A stretch of DNA of 64,000 bases from Lachnospiraceae bacterium UBA7050 (GCA_002493905.1 DLAJ01000023.1:4375-68374), one strand, 5' to 3'; positions 28,002 to 37,148 are shown, counted from the first letter of the stretch. Numbers and translations are program-made. The notes: generated by a model from the letters alone, not told the origin.

Positions 28002-30422
28002 ATGCAGCAGGAGGATAGCGCGATGAGCGATATGAAGACCATTCCTTATGAGTATCGGAATCTGCCGATCCCTGGCGGCGGCTATGTGACAGGCTTTCTG
28101 TTTCATAAAAAGAAGCCGGATATTCTGTACTGCCGTACCGATATCGGCGGGACCTATCGCTATGATTATGAGCATAAATCATGGTCAAGCCTGATTGACC
28201 ATGTAACAATCCATGCACTGGACGAAACGTTTCCCACGGCGCTTGCCTTAGACCCCAACAGACCGGAACGCCTGCTTGTTGCAAGCGGCGTGAATGAAGA
28301 AGATCAGGAGACCGGTGTGCTTTCGGTTTCTTATGATTACGGAAAGCATTTTGAGAAAAAAATCATTCCGACAAAAGTGCATGGAAACTTAAACGGCAGA
28401 GGGACCGGACTTCGTATGGTCATCTCAGAACAGGACAGTAATACGATCTATTTTGCAAGCCAGCAGGGTGGACTGCTCATCAGCCATGATCTGGGTACGA
28501 GCTGGACGCAGACGGATATCTGCGGTGAACGGTATCTGACCTTTGTGTGGGCGAATCCTTCGGACACCTGCCTTGTGGTCGGCACTGCGGGAGTGACAAC
28601 GCGAAAGAAAGACGGGACAAGGGGGCATTCGATGTATGTTTCCTATGACGGAGGCGCGGTGTTTGAACCGCTTCCAGAACCGGAACAATATTTACTGCCG
28701 CAATCGAGATTCCCTGGGCTTGTGGCGCAGCGTTATGATTATGACGGAAAATATCTGTATGTAACGTTTGCACAGACAGGCGTTACTTCTTATGTGATAG
28801 AAAACGGATACAGCTGTGATTCGGGGGATACGATCGGCGGCAGGGTTGTGCGCTATGATTTCTTAAAAGACGGGCGTATTTCAACGGTTGAGGAGATTAC
28901 GCCGAGCGCTGCCAATACGGTTATGCTTTCTCAAAATAATCCCAATTTGGAAGACGAGCTGGTTTTTCCGGTGACGGACGGCGAAACTGACCGCAGACAT
29001 CCACAGTACCGGTTTGGATTTTCCGGTATTTCAAGCTGCGCAGCAAAACCGGGGCTTTTGGTGCTCAGCACGATCTGCAGAAGCAATGGGGATAAAATTT
29101 ACCTGTCTAACGACTATGGGGAAAACTGGCAGGTGGTCCTGCATGATTTGGATATCGGCAATCTGCATTTTCATACGCCCTATATGAAAAAAGAATATAA
29201 TGGGGGACACTCTCTGATCCATTGGCTAAGTGATGTAAAAATCAACCCGTTCCGCGCTGATGAATTGTGGTTCAATTCCGGCACAGGCGTATTTAAGACG
29301 GAAAATCTGCAAAGCACGAACCGCAGTTTCTGCGACTGCTGTGAGGGAATCGAGGAGACGGTGCACTTAAACGTCTATAGCCCGACAGGAGGAGAAGTCC
29401 AGTGTATTGACATTGTCGGAGATTTGGGCGGCTTTGCGTTTACCGACTTAAATAAGCCGTGCGAAAATTCCTTTGCAGATGAAAACGGCAACCGATATAT
29501 TACCTGTATCAATGCGGACTTTTCGGATGAGCACCCGGAATGTGTGATCGTGACGCCGCGCGGGAACTGGACCGGAAAAACAAAGGGCGGCTTGATTTTT
29601 TCGGACGATCAGTGCCGGAGCTTTACAAGGCTGTCGATGCCGTACGGGATTTCGGATTATCTGGACGGACAGCTTGCCCAGATCGAGCATCCGAACGTCA
29701 ATTCCGGCTGGGCGGCAATGAGCCCTGATTGTAAAAATATTGTCTGGTCGGTTGCAGAGTGGCAGAATCTGCCGATTGCGGGAGTTATTATGAGCCGGGA
29801 CGGCGGACAGACCTTCTCCAAGGTGCGGGTATATGATCCCGAGGGAAACGAAGTGACGGAGGGAAAACTGAAAGTATTTTCTGATCGTATGGACAGTGAA
29901 TTGTTTTATGGGTTCGGCGAGGCGTCGCAGTTTTATGTGAGCCGGGACGGCGGGGCGAACTTCCGGCAGTATGAGATGCCTCAGGGATATCCGGTTGTGG
30001 ATTTCGGTATCATTGATACAAAGAACCGGACTGAGGTGCGCGGAGAAGCCGGAAAGAGCGGTGTATTCTATCTTGCACTTGGCTTACACGGGCTTTGGAA
30101 ATACTGCTATGATAAGAAAAACGATCAGATTCGTCTTAGCAAGCTGTCGAAAGGAGAGGACGCTGTTTACCGGATGGGACTTGGGCTGCACCATAAAGGG
30201 AGCGATTACCGAAAAGACGAAAAGGCAATTTATTTCTGTGGCGATATTGACGGAGAATATGGCTTTTACCGTTCTTTTGACGAGATGGAGAGTGTGGAGC
30301 GCATCAATACGGAGAATCAGATGTATGGTGAGATCAACAGCATTGACGGGGACTGCCGGACGTTCGGGCGTTTCTTCATCGCGACGGGCAGCAGGGGAGT
30401 GCTCTATGGGCAGCCCGTTTGA
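28002..30422 (+). CDS. GH74-like (BNR/Asp-box beta-propeller, xyloglucanase-family) protein with no signal peptide
   Basis: The N-terminal motif PIPGGGYVTGFLFH..ILYCRTDIGGTYRYD matches the GH74 signature GGGGFVPGI..RTDIGGAYRW. SxDxGxxW-like repeats are present (SYDYGKHF, SHDLGTSW, SNDYGENW, SRDGGQTF, SRDGGANF). Alternative starts at 28023 and 28032. Confidence 0.7.
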   Translation: MQQEDSAMSDMKTIPYEYRNLPIPGGGYVTGFLFHKKKPDILYCRTDIGGTYRYDYEHKSWSSLIDHVTIHALDETFPTALALDPNRPERLLVASGVNEEDQETGVLSVSYDYGKHFEKKIIPTKVHGNLNGRGTGLRMVISEQDSNTIYFASQQGGLLISHDLGTSWTQTDICGERYLTFVWANPSDTCLVVGTAGVTTRKKDGTRGHSMYVSYDGGAVFEPLPEPEQYLLPQSRFPGLVAQRYDYDGKYLYVTFAQTGVTSYVIENGYSCDSGDTIGGRVVRYDFLKDGRISTVEEITPSAANTVMLSQNNPNLEDELVFPVTDGETDRRHPQYRFGFSGISSCAAKPGLLVLSTICRSNGDKIYLSNDYGENWQVVLHDLDIGNLHFHTPYMKKEYNGGHSLIHWLSDVKINPFRADELWFNSGTGVFKTENLQSTNRSFCDCCEGIEETVHLNVYSPTGGEVQCIDIVGDLGGFAFTDLNKPCENSFADENGNRYITCINADFSDEHPECVIVTPRGNWTGKTKGGLIFSDDQCRSFTRLSMPYGISDYLDGQLAQIEHPNVNSGWAAMSPDCKNIVWSVAEWQNLPIAGVIMSRDGGQTFSKVRVYDPEGNEVTEGKLKVFSDRMDSELFYGFGEASQFYVSRDGGANFRQYEMPQGYPVVDFGIIDTKNRTEVRGEAGKSGVFYLALGLHGLWKYCYDKKNDQIRLSKLSKGEDAVYRMGLGLHHKGSDYRKDEKAIYFCGDIDGEYGFYRSFDEMESVERINTENQMYGEINSIDGDCRTFGRFFIATGSRGVLYGQPV

Positions 30423-30584
30423 AACTTCACATCGAAGGACGCAGGAACAATATTTTTAGCCGGAAAATATCCGGATAATGAAATTCCGAAATATTGGAAG
30501 CGGCGAGAAAAGCCCATACGCAAACAGGTATAACCGAAAAGCCTTCTGCATATACATGAACCAGTATTTGCAGGAGGTTTTTGT

Positions 30585-32090
30585 ATGGAGAATCGAACGG
30601 GTGCTTCCGGCACGAATACCTATGATATTTATGATGATATGAACCGCAGGACGAACGGGGAGCTTTATATCGGCGTTGTCGGCCCCGTGAGAACAGGCAA
30701 ATCCACATTTATCAAACATTTTATGGATGAATTGGTGCTGCCGATGATTACCGATGAGAATGAGCGTGTCCGTACGATGGATGAGCTGCCGCAGAGTTCG
30801 GGAGGAAAAACGATCACGACAACGGAGCCGAAGTTTATCCCGAAGCAGGCTGTTTCTGTCAATGTGGGCGGCAGCATGGAAATGAAAGTGCGTCTGATTG
30901 ACTGCGTCGGCTACATGGTGGAGGGCGCTGTCGGACATATGGAGGAAGATGCCGAGCGGATGGTTCATACCCCATGGTTCGACTATGAGATTCCGTTTAC
31001 GCAGGCGGCAGAAATCGGAACGGAAAAAGTCATCCGTGACCATTCCAATATCGGCATCGTGATCACGACCGATGGGAGTTTTGGGGAAATTGCACGTGAA
31101 AACTACCGGGATGCGGAGGAACGCACAATCCGTGAATTGAAATCGATCGGAAAACCGTTTATTGTGATCGTTAATACGACAAAGCCGTACGGCGAGGAGG
31201 CAAAGCAGACGGCGGCACTCTTAAGTGAGACATACGGTGTGCGCGCGCTTCCGATGAATGTGGAACAATTAAAAAAGAGTGATATTCATTCCCTGATGGA
31301 GCAGATTTTGCTGGAGTTTCCGATCAAGGTGCTTCGCTTTTATATGCCGAAGTGGGTGGAGATGCTTTCCGATGACCATGAGATGAAGGCGGGGATCATC
31401 GAATATATCCGCAGGCTTGCGATGCCGATTGGCAATATGCGCCAGCTCCGCGAAGTGATGGATGGCGAAAAAGAGGAATGCGAGTACATAAAGAAGCTGA
31501 AGAATGACGGCATTGAACTGTCCAACGGTTCCGCGTCCTATGAGATCGGCGTGGATGACATGTATTATTATAAGATGCTCAGCGAAATCATGCAGGAACC
31601 TGTTTCCGGCGAATACGAGCTGCTTTCGAAGCTGAAAGAAATGGCAGCGCGCAAAAAGGAATATGACAAATATGCCGAGGCGGTCCGCGCGGTAAAACAA
31701 TGCGGTTACGGGGTTGTGCTGCCAGAGAAAGAAGAAATCAGCTTAGAGGCGCCGGAAGTAATCCGGCATGGCAATAAGTTCGGCGTAAAAATGAAAGCAA
31801 TGAGTCCGTCCGTGCATTTGATCCGCGCGAACATCGAGACGGAGATCGCACCGATCGTCGGCACGGAGGAGCAGGCGAAAGACCTGATGCAGTTTATGAA
31901 GACAGAAGCCGATAACGAGGGGGGCATCTGGGATACCAATATTTTCGGCAAGACGGTCGAACAGCTCGTTGAGGACGGCATTCAGTCAAAGATATCCATG
32001 CTCGGCGAGGAGAGTCAGGTGAAACTGCAGGATACGATGCAGCAGATTGTCAATGACAGCAATGGGAAAATGGTCTGCATTATCATCTGA
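30585..32090 (+). CDS. spoIVA: stage IV sporulation protein A (spore coat morphogenetic ATPase)
   Basis: IYDDMNRRTNGELYIGVVGPVRTGKSTFIKHFM (Walker A) and the conserved C-terminus ..NGKMVCIII. SD AGGAGG 7 nt upstream. Confidence 0.95.
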   Translation: MENRTGASGTNTYDIYDDMNRRTNGELYIGVVGPVRTGKSTFIKHFMDELVLPMITDENERVRTMDELPQSSGGKTITTTEPKFIPKQAVSVNVGGSMEMKVRLIDCVGYMVEGAVGHMEEDAERMVHTPWFDYEIPFTQAAEIGTEKVIRDHSNIGIVITTDGSFGEIARENYRDAEERTIRELKSIGKPFIVIVNTTKPYGEEAKQTAALLSETYGVRALPMNVEQLKKSDIHSLMEQILLEFPIKVLRFYMPKWVEMLSDDHEMKAGIIEYIRRLAMPIGNMRQLREVMDGEKEECEYIKKLKNDGIELSNGSASYEIGVDDMYYYKMLSEIMQEPVSGEYELLSKLKEMAARKKEYDKYAEAVRAVKQCGYGVVLPEKEEISLEAPEVIRHGNKFGVKMKAMSPSVHLIRANIETEIAPIVGTEEQAKDLMQFMKTEADNEGGIWDTNIFGKTVEQLVEDGIQSKISMLGEESQVKLQDTMQQIVNDSNGKMVCIII

Positions 32091-32165
32091 TCTTTCTGCG
32101 AATTTTTATATTTGAGTCAAAAACTTTATAAAAATTTAAGTTTTTATCAAAGAAGCATTGCACAA

Positions 32166-32236
32166 GGGGAATGATTGTGATAGGGTAAGAGGGTAAACAG
32201 TGACCACATGTAGTGGTCTGCTTCATCACATTCCAC
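32166..32236 (+). promoter_or_regulatory. structured 5' leader of the purine permease gene (candidate riboswitch, class unknown)
   Basis: Nested helices GGAATG/CATTCC (32168-73/32229-34), TGAT/ATCA (32178-81/32225-28) and GACCAC/GTGGTC (32202-07/32213-18). They enclose an asymmetric internal loop with duplicated GGGTAA. The SD starts about 12 nt downstream. Confidence 0.3.
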
Positions 32237-32261
32237 AATACATAGGAAAGGGAGAGAACAA

Positions 32262-33659
32262 ATGGAAAAATTTTTCAAAGTGAAAGAGAACGGCTCTACG
32301 GTGAGAACCGAAGTGCTCGCGGGTTTGACGACTTTCATGGCAATGGCGTACATCCTGCTTGTCAATCCCGGCATGTTTGCTGAACTCGGTACAGTATCCT
32401 TTGATGCGATCTATATTGCAACTGCAATTTCCGCAGTCATCGGTACGGTTCTGATCGGTCTTCTGGCGAATCTGCCTCTCGCACAGGCATCCGGTATGGG
32501 ACTGAATGCATTTTTCGTCTATACGGTATGTTTCACGTTCGGTCTGACGTATGCCAATGCACTGCTGCTCGTTCTGCTTGACGGTATTATCTTTATTGTA
32601 TTGACGACGACAGGGCTCCGCAAGAAGATATTTGATGCGATTCCGAAGTGCGTACGCGTTGCGATTCCGGCTGGTATCGGTCTGTTTATCGCGTTTATCG
32701 GACTTCAGAATGCAGGACTGGTTGTAAACAGCCCCTCTACCTGCGTAACGCTTACAAGCTTTAACGTGTTTAACGGGGGAGCAACATGGGCGAGTGTTAT
32801 GCCGCTCTTAATTACGATCTTTACGCTGATCGCGATCGCGGTGATGTCCATTAAGAAGGTCAGAGGTTCCGTGCTTTGGGGAATCCTTGGCGGTTCCGTT
32901 GTTTATTATGTACTTGGATTTACGATTTCCGGGTTTTATGACGGATTTGGAGCAAACTTTTCGATGAATCCGATCGGTGCGTTCGGCGATTTCTTCTCAC
33001 AGGCATTTGCCAAGGTATTTACGGAAGGATTTGATTTCTCCGGTTATCTTGCAGAGCACAGCTCTTTAGAACTGATCGTGCTGATCGCGACGACGGCGCT
33101 TGCGTTCTGTATGGTTGATATGTTTGATACGCTCGGCACTCTTTACGGCGCATGCGCGAGAGGCGGACTTCTCACGAAAGAAGGGGAAGTTCCGAATATG
33201 GATAAGGCAATGCTTGCAGATGCGGTTGCAACGACCTGCGGCGCTGTCTGCGGTACTTCAACGGTTACAACCTTTGTGGAATCCTCTGCAGGCGTGGCTG
33301 AGGGCGGAAAAACCGGTCTGGCGGCGATCGCAACGGGTGCGTTCTTCTTTATCGCCATGTTCTTAAGCCCGATCGCAAAGCTGATTCCGGGTGCGGCGAC
33401 GGCGGCGGCATTAATCTATGTCGGTATTCTGATGATGAACTGTGTCAGAGAGATCGACTGGACGGATATTGAGTCTGCGGTTCCGGCGTTTATGGCAGTT
33501 GCGATGATGCCGATGACTTATAATATCAGCTACGGCATTGCATTCGGCTTGATCTCTTATGTTTTCATCAAGCTGTTTACCGGAAAGGTAAAGGATATTA
33601 AGGCAGGAACATGGGTCATTTCGATTCTGTTTACGGTAATGTTCTTTGTAACGCACTAA
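32262..33659 (+). CDS. NCS2 family nucleobase permease (AzgA / adenine-guanine-hypoxanthine type)
   Basis: N-terminus FKVKENGSTVRTEVLAGLTTFMAMAYILLVNP is characteristic of AzgA/PbuG-type permeases. The protein is multi-pass. Confidence 0.85.
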   Translation: MEKFFKVKENGSTVRTEVLAGLTTFMAMAYILLVNPGMFAELGTVSFDAIYIATAISAVIGTVLIGLLANLPLAQASGMGLNAFFVYTVCFTFGLTYANALLLVLLDGIIFIVLTTTGLRKKIFDAIPKCVRVAIPAGIGLFIAFIGLQNAGLVVNSPSTCVTLTSFNVFNGGATWASVMPLLITIFTLIAIAVMSIKKVRGSVLWGILGGSVVYYVLGFTISGFYDGFGANFSMNPIGAFGDFFSQAFAKVFTEGFDFSGYLAEHSSLELIVLIATTALAFCMVDMFDTLGTLYGACARGGLLTKEGEVPNMDKAMLADAVATTCGAVCGTSTVTTFVESSAGVAEGGKTGLAAIATGAFFFIAMFLSPIAKLIPGAATAAALIYVGILMMNCVREIDWTDIESAVPAFMAVAMMPMTYNISYGIAFGLISYVFIKLFTGKVKDIKAGTWVISILFTVMFFVTH

Positions 33660-33888
33660 AAAAGAAAGATAGAAAATCCGATAGGTAAAAAAAGAGTGTT
33701 TCACATTCTTTCCGATTTTCAGTTTTAAGAGTAAGCGAAAACAGGGCTGTTGCACTAGATGATAATAGTACGGCAGCTTTGTTTTGTTCTGTGCTTATGT
33801 CAGAATGAAGTCTTTTGGTACAAGGCATCTGAGGAAGCTTTAGGAGGACTATGAGGTGATTGCATGATTTAAGTATCAAATCATCATC

Positions 33889-34293
33889 ATGGGTTTCATG
33901 GTAATGCTGTTGCTCTGCCTGTTTTTTCCGGGGCAAAGAAAAGAACAGGATACGGTCTCTGATACGGTTTCACAGGAAAATAAGTTGCCGGATGCAATGC
34001 TGCGATCCATCTGTTATGCTGTGGAACGGATACGGGACAGCCGGAATCAGCCGGATGAAAACATGCAGGCGGATTATGATAATTATCTTTTTGCGATATC
34101 TTCCGGCGGTTCAAACGGCGCTGTGACGCTTAAACTGACCAGACGGACGGAGGAGGTATGGACAGGGATTTTTATTCTGCACTGGATACCTATATGGAAA
34201 GCGTCAAAAAGGAGATCACATCGGATCAATTTATGGAACAGGGCGCAAGCAGGGAAGGCGCAGATGTGTTTTATGGGGATGAGGAGGAAGTAA
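33889..34293 (+). CDS. hypothetical protein with a hydrophobic N-terminus; the 3' third overlaps the next ORF and looks non-coding
   Basis: MGFMVMLLLCLFFPG.. is followed by a plausible polar sequence up to ..TLKLTRRTEEV, and then a W/R-rich tail overlaps 34158-34724. This may be a frameshifted or mis-terminated gene. Confidence 0.25.
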   Translation: MGFMVMLLLCLFFPGQRKEQDTVSDTVSQENKLPDAMLRSICYAVERIRDSRNQPDENMQADYDNYLFAISSGGSNGAVTLKLTRRTEEVWTGIFILHWIPIWKASKRRSHRINLWNRAQAGKAQMCFMGMRRK

Positions 34294-34724
34294 CCGTATT
34301 ATCTGATCTATATAATCAGTATTTTCAGATTGACTTTGCCAATATAGGGGTTCCGGTTTATATGCGGAAATCAAGTTTTATCCCATCCAGCAGCGGGAAA
34401 GAGTGGTTTTTGCGGGCGCGTTTTTATACCGCAAATCCGGAAAGAGGAGCCGTTGAAACTATAGAGGATTTGGAAGAACTGGAAAATTTGAGAATTGAGA
34501 ATGATGAACCGCCAAAGTCCAGAATGAGCCTTGTGCAGTTATGGTTCAAAGAAATCGGGGGGAAGGTAGTGACATTCCGGCTGTATCATGTTTCCGATTA
34601 CAAATATTTACTGAATGTGATTCTGATTGAGGGAAGGCACATTACGCAGAGTGAGACTGCCGTGTGTTCCCCGCATCGGTCTTTTGTTTTGCTGCAGGGG
34701 CAGGAATTTACGACGATGGGATAA
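34158..34724 (+). CDS. hypothetical protein
   Basis: A strong SD GGAGGAGG precedes the ATG at 34158, and the composition is protein-like. I recognise no family. Confidence 0.5.
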   Translation: MDRDFYSALDTYMESVKKEITSDQFMEQGASREGADVFYGDEEEVTVLSDLYNQYFQIDFANIGVPVYMRKSSFIPSSSGKEWFLRARFYTANPERGAVETIEDLEELENLRIENDEPPKSRMSLVQLWFKEIGGKVVTFRLYHVSDYKYLLNVILIEGRHITQSETAVCSPHRSFVLLQGQEFTTMG

Positions 34725-34903
34725 GCCGGGCGGATGCATATCGAATTTGGCGCGGATCTAGAGAAGGAGCGGCAGACAGAGTACGGATACCGTTACGACA
34801 TGTTTCACTAGACTTTGGGGACCTTTTTATGGGAACGGATGGAGAAAATACAGTTTGATGATATGTTTTGGATGGAACAGATCTTCACAGCGGAAAAAAA
34901 GGA

Positions 34904-34934
34904 TTGACTCTCCTCTTAGGTCAGAATGTAAACT
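34904..34934 (+). promoter_or_regulatory. MerR-type promoter with a 19-bp spacer
   Basis: TTGACT (34904-09), a 19-nt spacer, and TAAACT (34929-34). The first 11 nt, TTGACTCTCCT, resemble the B. subtilis bmr promoter/operator as I recall it (TTGACTCTCCCC..). Confidence 0.5.
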
Positions 34935-34977
34935 GATTACAGATTCGAATCAACCATCATGAAAGGGGCAGGAGAAG

Positions 34978-35784
34978 ATGTTGCAGATTGGAGAGTTTTC
35001 CAGAATATGCTGTGTCAGCGTCAAGACGCTTCATCATTATGATAAGATCGGTCTGCTGACACCGGCGGAAGTAGACCGCGTTACGGGATACCGCTATTAC
35101 AGCATGGAACAGATTGATACGTTAAACTATATACGACGTCTCAAATATTATGGGTTTTCGCTTGAAGAGGTGCAGTATTTACTTACCCTTTCGGATCACA
35201 AGGAGCTTGTAGATGCGCTGCGGCGGCAAAAAGAAAAATTGAAGCGCGAACAGCAGGAAACGGCGATTATCTTAAACGAGCTTCAGACACACATTTCAGT
35301 ATTTGAAAGGACAGGTGACATTATGACTTATCAGAAGGGCTACACAATTGAAATCAAGCATTCGCCGGTATTGAATGTACTGGCAAAGCGTGCCGTAATG
35401 GGAGTGGATGAGTTCGGCAAATATTACGGAATGCTTTTTGAGCGCGTGCCGAAGGAGCATGTTACACACACCGGTTTGAACGGTGCGAGATACTTTGATG
35501 AAGAGTTCAATCATGAATCTACGGATGTTGAGGTCTTTATTGAGATTAAGGAACCGGATAAGGCGGACGCGGTCCTGGAATCCCTCGAATGTGCAATGAC
35601 CGTTCATCATGGGGGATATTCCACGCTCTCGGAGGCGTATGGCGCAGTTGTGACATGGATCATAGAGAACGGTTATGAAATCGCAGGAGCGCCGTTTGAA
35701 CTCTATATCAAGACGCAGTTTGACTCGTATTCGCCGGAGGATTGGGAGACGGAGGTATATTTTCCGATCCGAAAGAAAAGATGA
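34978..35784 (+). CDS. MerR family transcriptional regulator with a GyrI-like effector-binding domain (BmrR-like)
   Basis: MerR HTH IGEFSRICCVSVKTLHHYDKIGLL, a coiled-coil linker, and a GyrI-like C-terminal half. Confidence 0.85.
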   Translation: MLQIGEFSRICCVSVKTLHHYDKIGLLTPAEVDRVTGYRYYSMEQIDTLNYIRRLKYYGFSLEEVQYLLTLSDHKELVDALRRQKEKLKREQQETAIILNELQTHISVFERTGDIMTYQKGYTIEIKHSPVLNVLAKRAVMGVDEFGKYYGMLFERVPKEHVTHTGLNGARYFDEEFNHESTDVEVFIEIKEPDKADAVLESLECAMTVHHGGYSTLSEAYGAVVTWIIENGYEIAGAPFELYIKTQFDSYSPEDWETEVYFPIRKKR

Positions 35785-35846
35785 TCTGCTGCAGAGCTCT
35801 CGATGTTTGATTTATTTTCCTTGAACTAGTCACGGGAACAAAGGGG

Positions 35847-35895
35847 AGGCTGATTTTAGACGTACGGTTGTAGGCTTAAAATCAGCCTGTTTTTG
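35847..35895 (+). terminator. rho-independent terminator
   Basis: 12-bp stem AGGCTGATTTTA/TAAAATCAGCCT followed by GTTTTTG. Confidence 0.7.
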
Positions 35896-35921
35896 TGCGC
35901 TGCTGTTTTTTTATTGGAGGA

Positions 35922-35950
35922 TTGAAACAAACGGACAGATTAGGTATAAT
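35922..35950 (+). promoter_or_regulatory. sigma-A promoter (TTGAAA-17-TATAAT)
   Basis: TTGAAA at 35922-27, a 17-nt spacer, and TATAAT at 35945-50, upstream of the esterase gene. Confidence 0.6.
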
Positions 35951-36020
35951 GAAAAGCAGCTGGACGAAAGAATACAACATCATAATGTAGGTGGAAAAGA
36001 ACACGGGACAGGAGCGGCAT

Positions 36021-37148
36021 ATGGGTGAACTTGCGAGTTATCGGCTTTCGGAAATCGGGGAAACAAATTGTAGAATATGGGGACGTTACAGCGGGAAGCT
36101 TGACCCGCTTGCTCTTTTTTGGACAGGGTCGGGTATCGAATTAAACGTGCAGGCTTCCGAACTTTGGGTAGAGGTAGAAACGGATTATGACTGCCATGAA
36201 CAGTGGATGAGCGTACTCGTGAACGGTGCGCATGTCAGCCGGCAGATGCTTCCGAAAGGACGCAGCGAAATCTGTCTGTTCCGCAATATGAATCCGCAGG
36301 AGACAAAAGCGGTTCGGTTGATGAAGGATGTGCAGGCGATGTCGGATGATGACGGCGCATGTTTCCTGATTCACAGCGTCCGCACAGATGGCAGCTTTCA
36401 TCCGGTTAAGGAGCGCAGATATAAGCTTGAGTTTATCGGTGACAGCATTACATCCGGAGAGGGTACGATTGGCGCCCAAAAAGAATGGGACTGGATTTCC
36501 ATGTTCTTTTCGAGCGTGCACGATTATGCGGCACTTGTCAGTGATGCCTGCGATGCGGAGTGCCATATTATATCGCAGAGCGGCTGGGGAACGTTGACCG
36601 GTTGGGACAATGACCCGAGACATGCATTGCCGCTCCGTTATGAGAAGGTGTGCGGCGTATTAAAGGGGGCGCGCAATGAGGCGCTCGGCGCGGGAGCGGA
36701 CTATGACTTTTCGTTTTGGCAGCCGGACGCGGTTGTCATCAATCTTGGGACAAATGATATGTCTGCGTTTGAACAGCCCGCGTGGCGGGATGAAAAAACG
36801 GGACAGACTTTCAAACAGCATAAGAATGAAGACGGCTCTTTCGTAAAGGCGGATGCGGAGCGTTTTGAGCAGGCGGTTATTGACTTTTTGGGAAAGCTCA
36901 GGACCTACAATCCGAAAGCACATCTGGTCTGGACTTATGGAATGCTTGGCTCCCCTCTGCTTAAGCTGATTGAACATGCCGTATGGACATACAGCGTACG
37001 GACGGGCGATCAAAATGCTGCATTTATTCTTTTGCCGGATACGACATCGGAGACAGTCGGGTCCCGAGAGCATCCGGGGAAAAAGAGCCATGAGGCGGCG
37101 GCGCAGGTACTGACGAATTATCTCAAAGCATATCTGGCGGCAAAATGA
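36021..37148 (+). CDS. SGNH/GDSL hydrolase with an N-terminal beta-sandwich (CE2-like acetyl esterase)
   Basis: Block I FIGDSITSGEG, block III NLGTNDMS, and a C-terminal ..REHPG. About 140 aa of N-terminal domain precede the catalytic Ser, as in CE2 esterases. Confidence 0.7.
   Translation: MGELASYRLSEIGETNCRIWGRYSGKLDPLALFWTGSGIELNVQASELWVEVETDYDCHEQWMSVLVNGAHVSRQMLPKGRSEICLFRNMNPQETKAVRLMKDVQAMSDDDGACFLIHSVRTDGSFHPVKERRYKLEFIGDSITSGEGTIGAQKEWDWISMFFSSVHDYAALVSDACDAECHIISQSGWGTLTGWDNDPRHALPLRYEKVCGVLKGARNEALGAGADYDFSFWQPDAVVINLGTNDMSAFEQPAWRDEKTGQTFKQHKNEDGSFVKADAERFEQAVIDFLGKLRTYNPKAHLVWTYGMLGSPLLKLIEHAVWTYSVRTGDQNAAFILLPDTTSETVGSREHPGKKSHEAAAQVLTNYLKAYLAAK

Noticed and set aside
30485-30525. 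Sigma-E type promoter for spoIVA (AATATT ... CATACG).
   Set aside because: The two elements are 19 nt apart, measured from 30495 to 30515. That is longer than the spacing I recall for sigma-E promoters. This cannot be decided without TSS data.
32100-32261. Canonical guanine/adenine riboswitch upstream of the NCS2 permease.
   Set aside because: There is no three-way junction with the conserved loop-loop and junction nucleotides (for example ..UAUAAUCGCGUGGAUAUGGCACGCAAGUUUCUACCGGGCACCGUAAAUGUCCGACUAUG.. type). Only an unbranched hairpin is visible.
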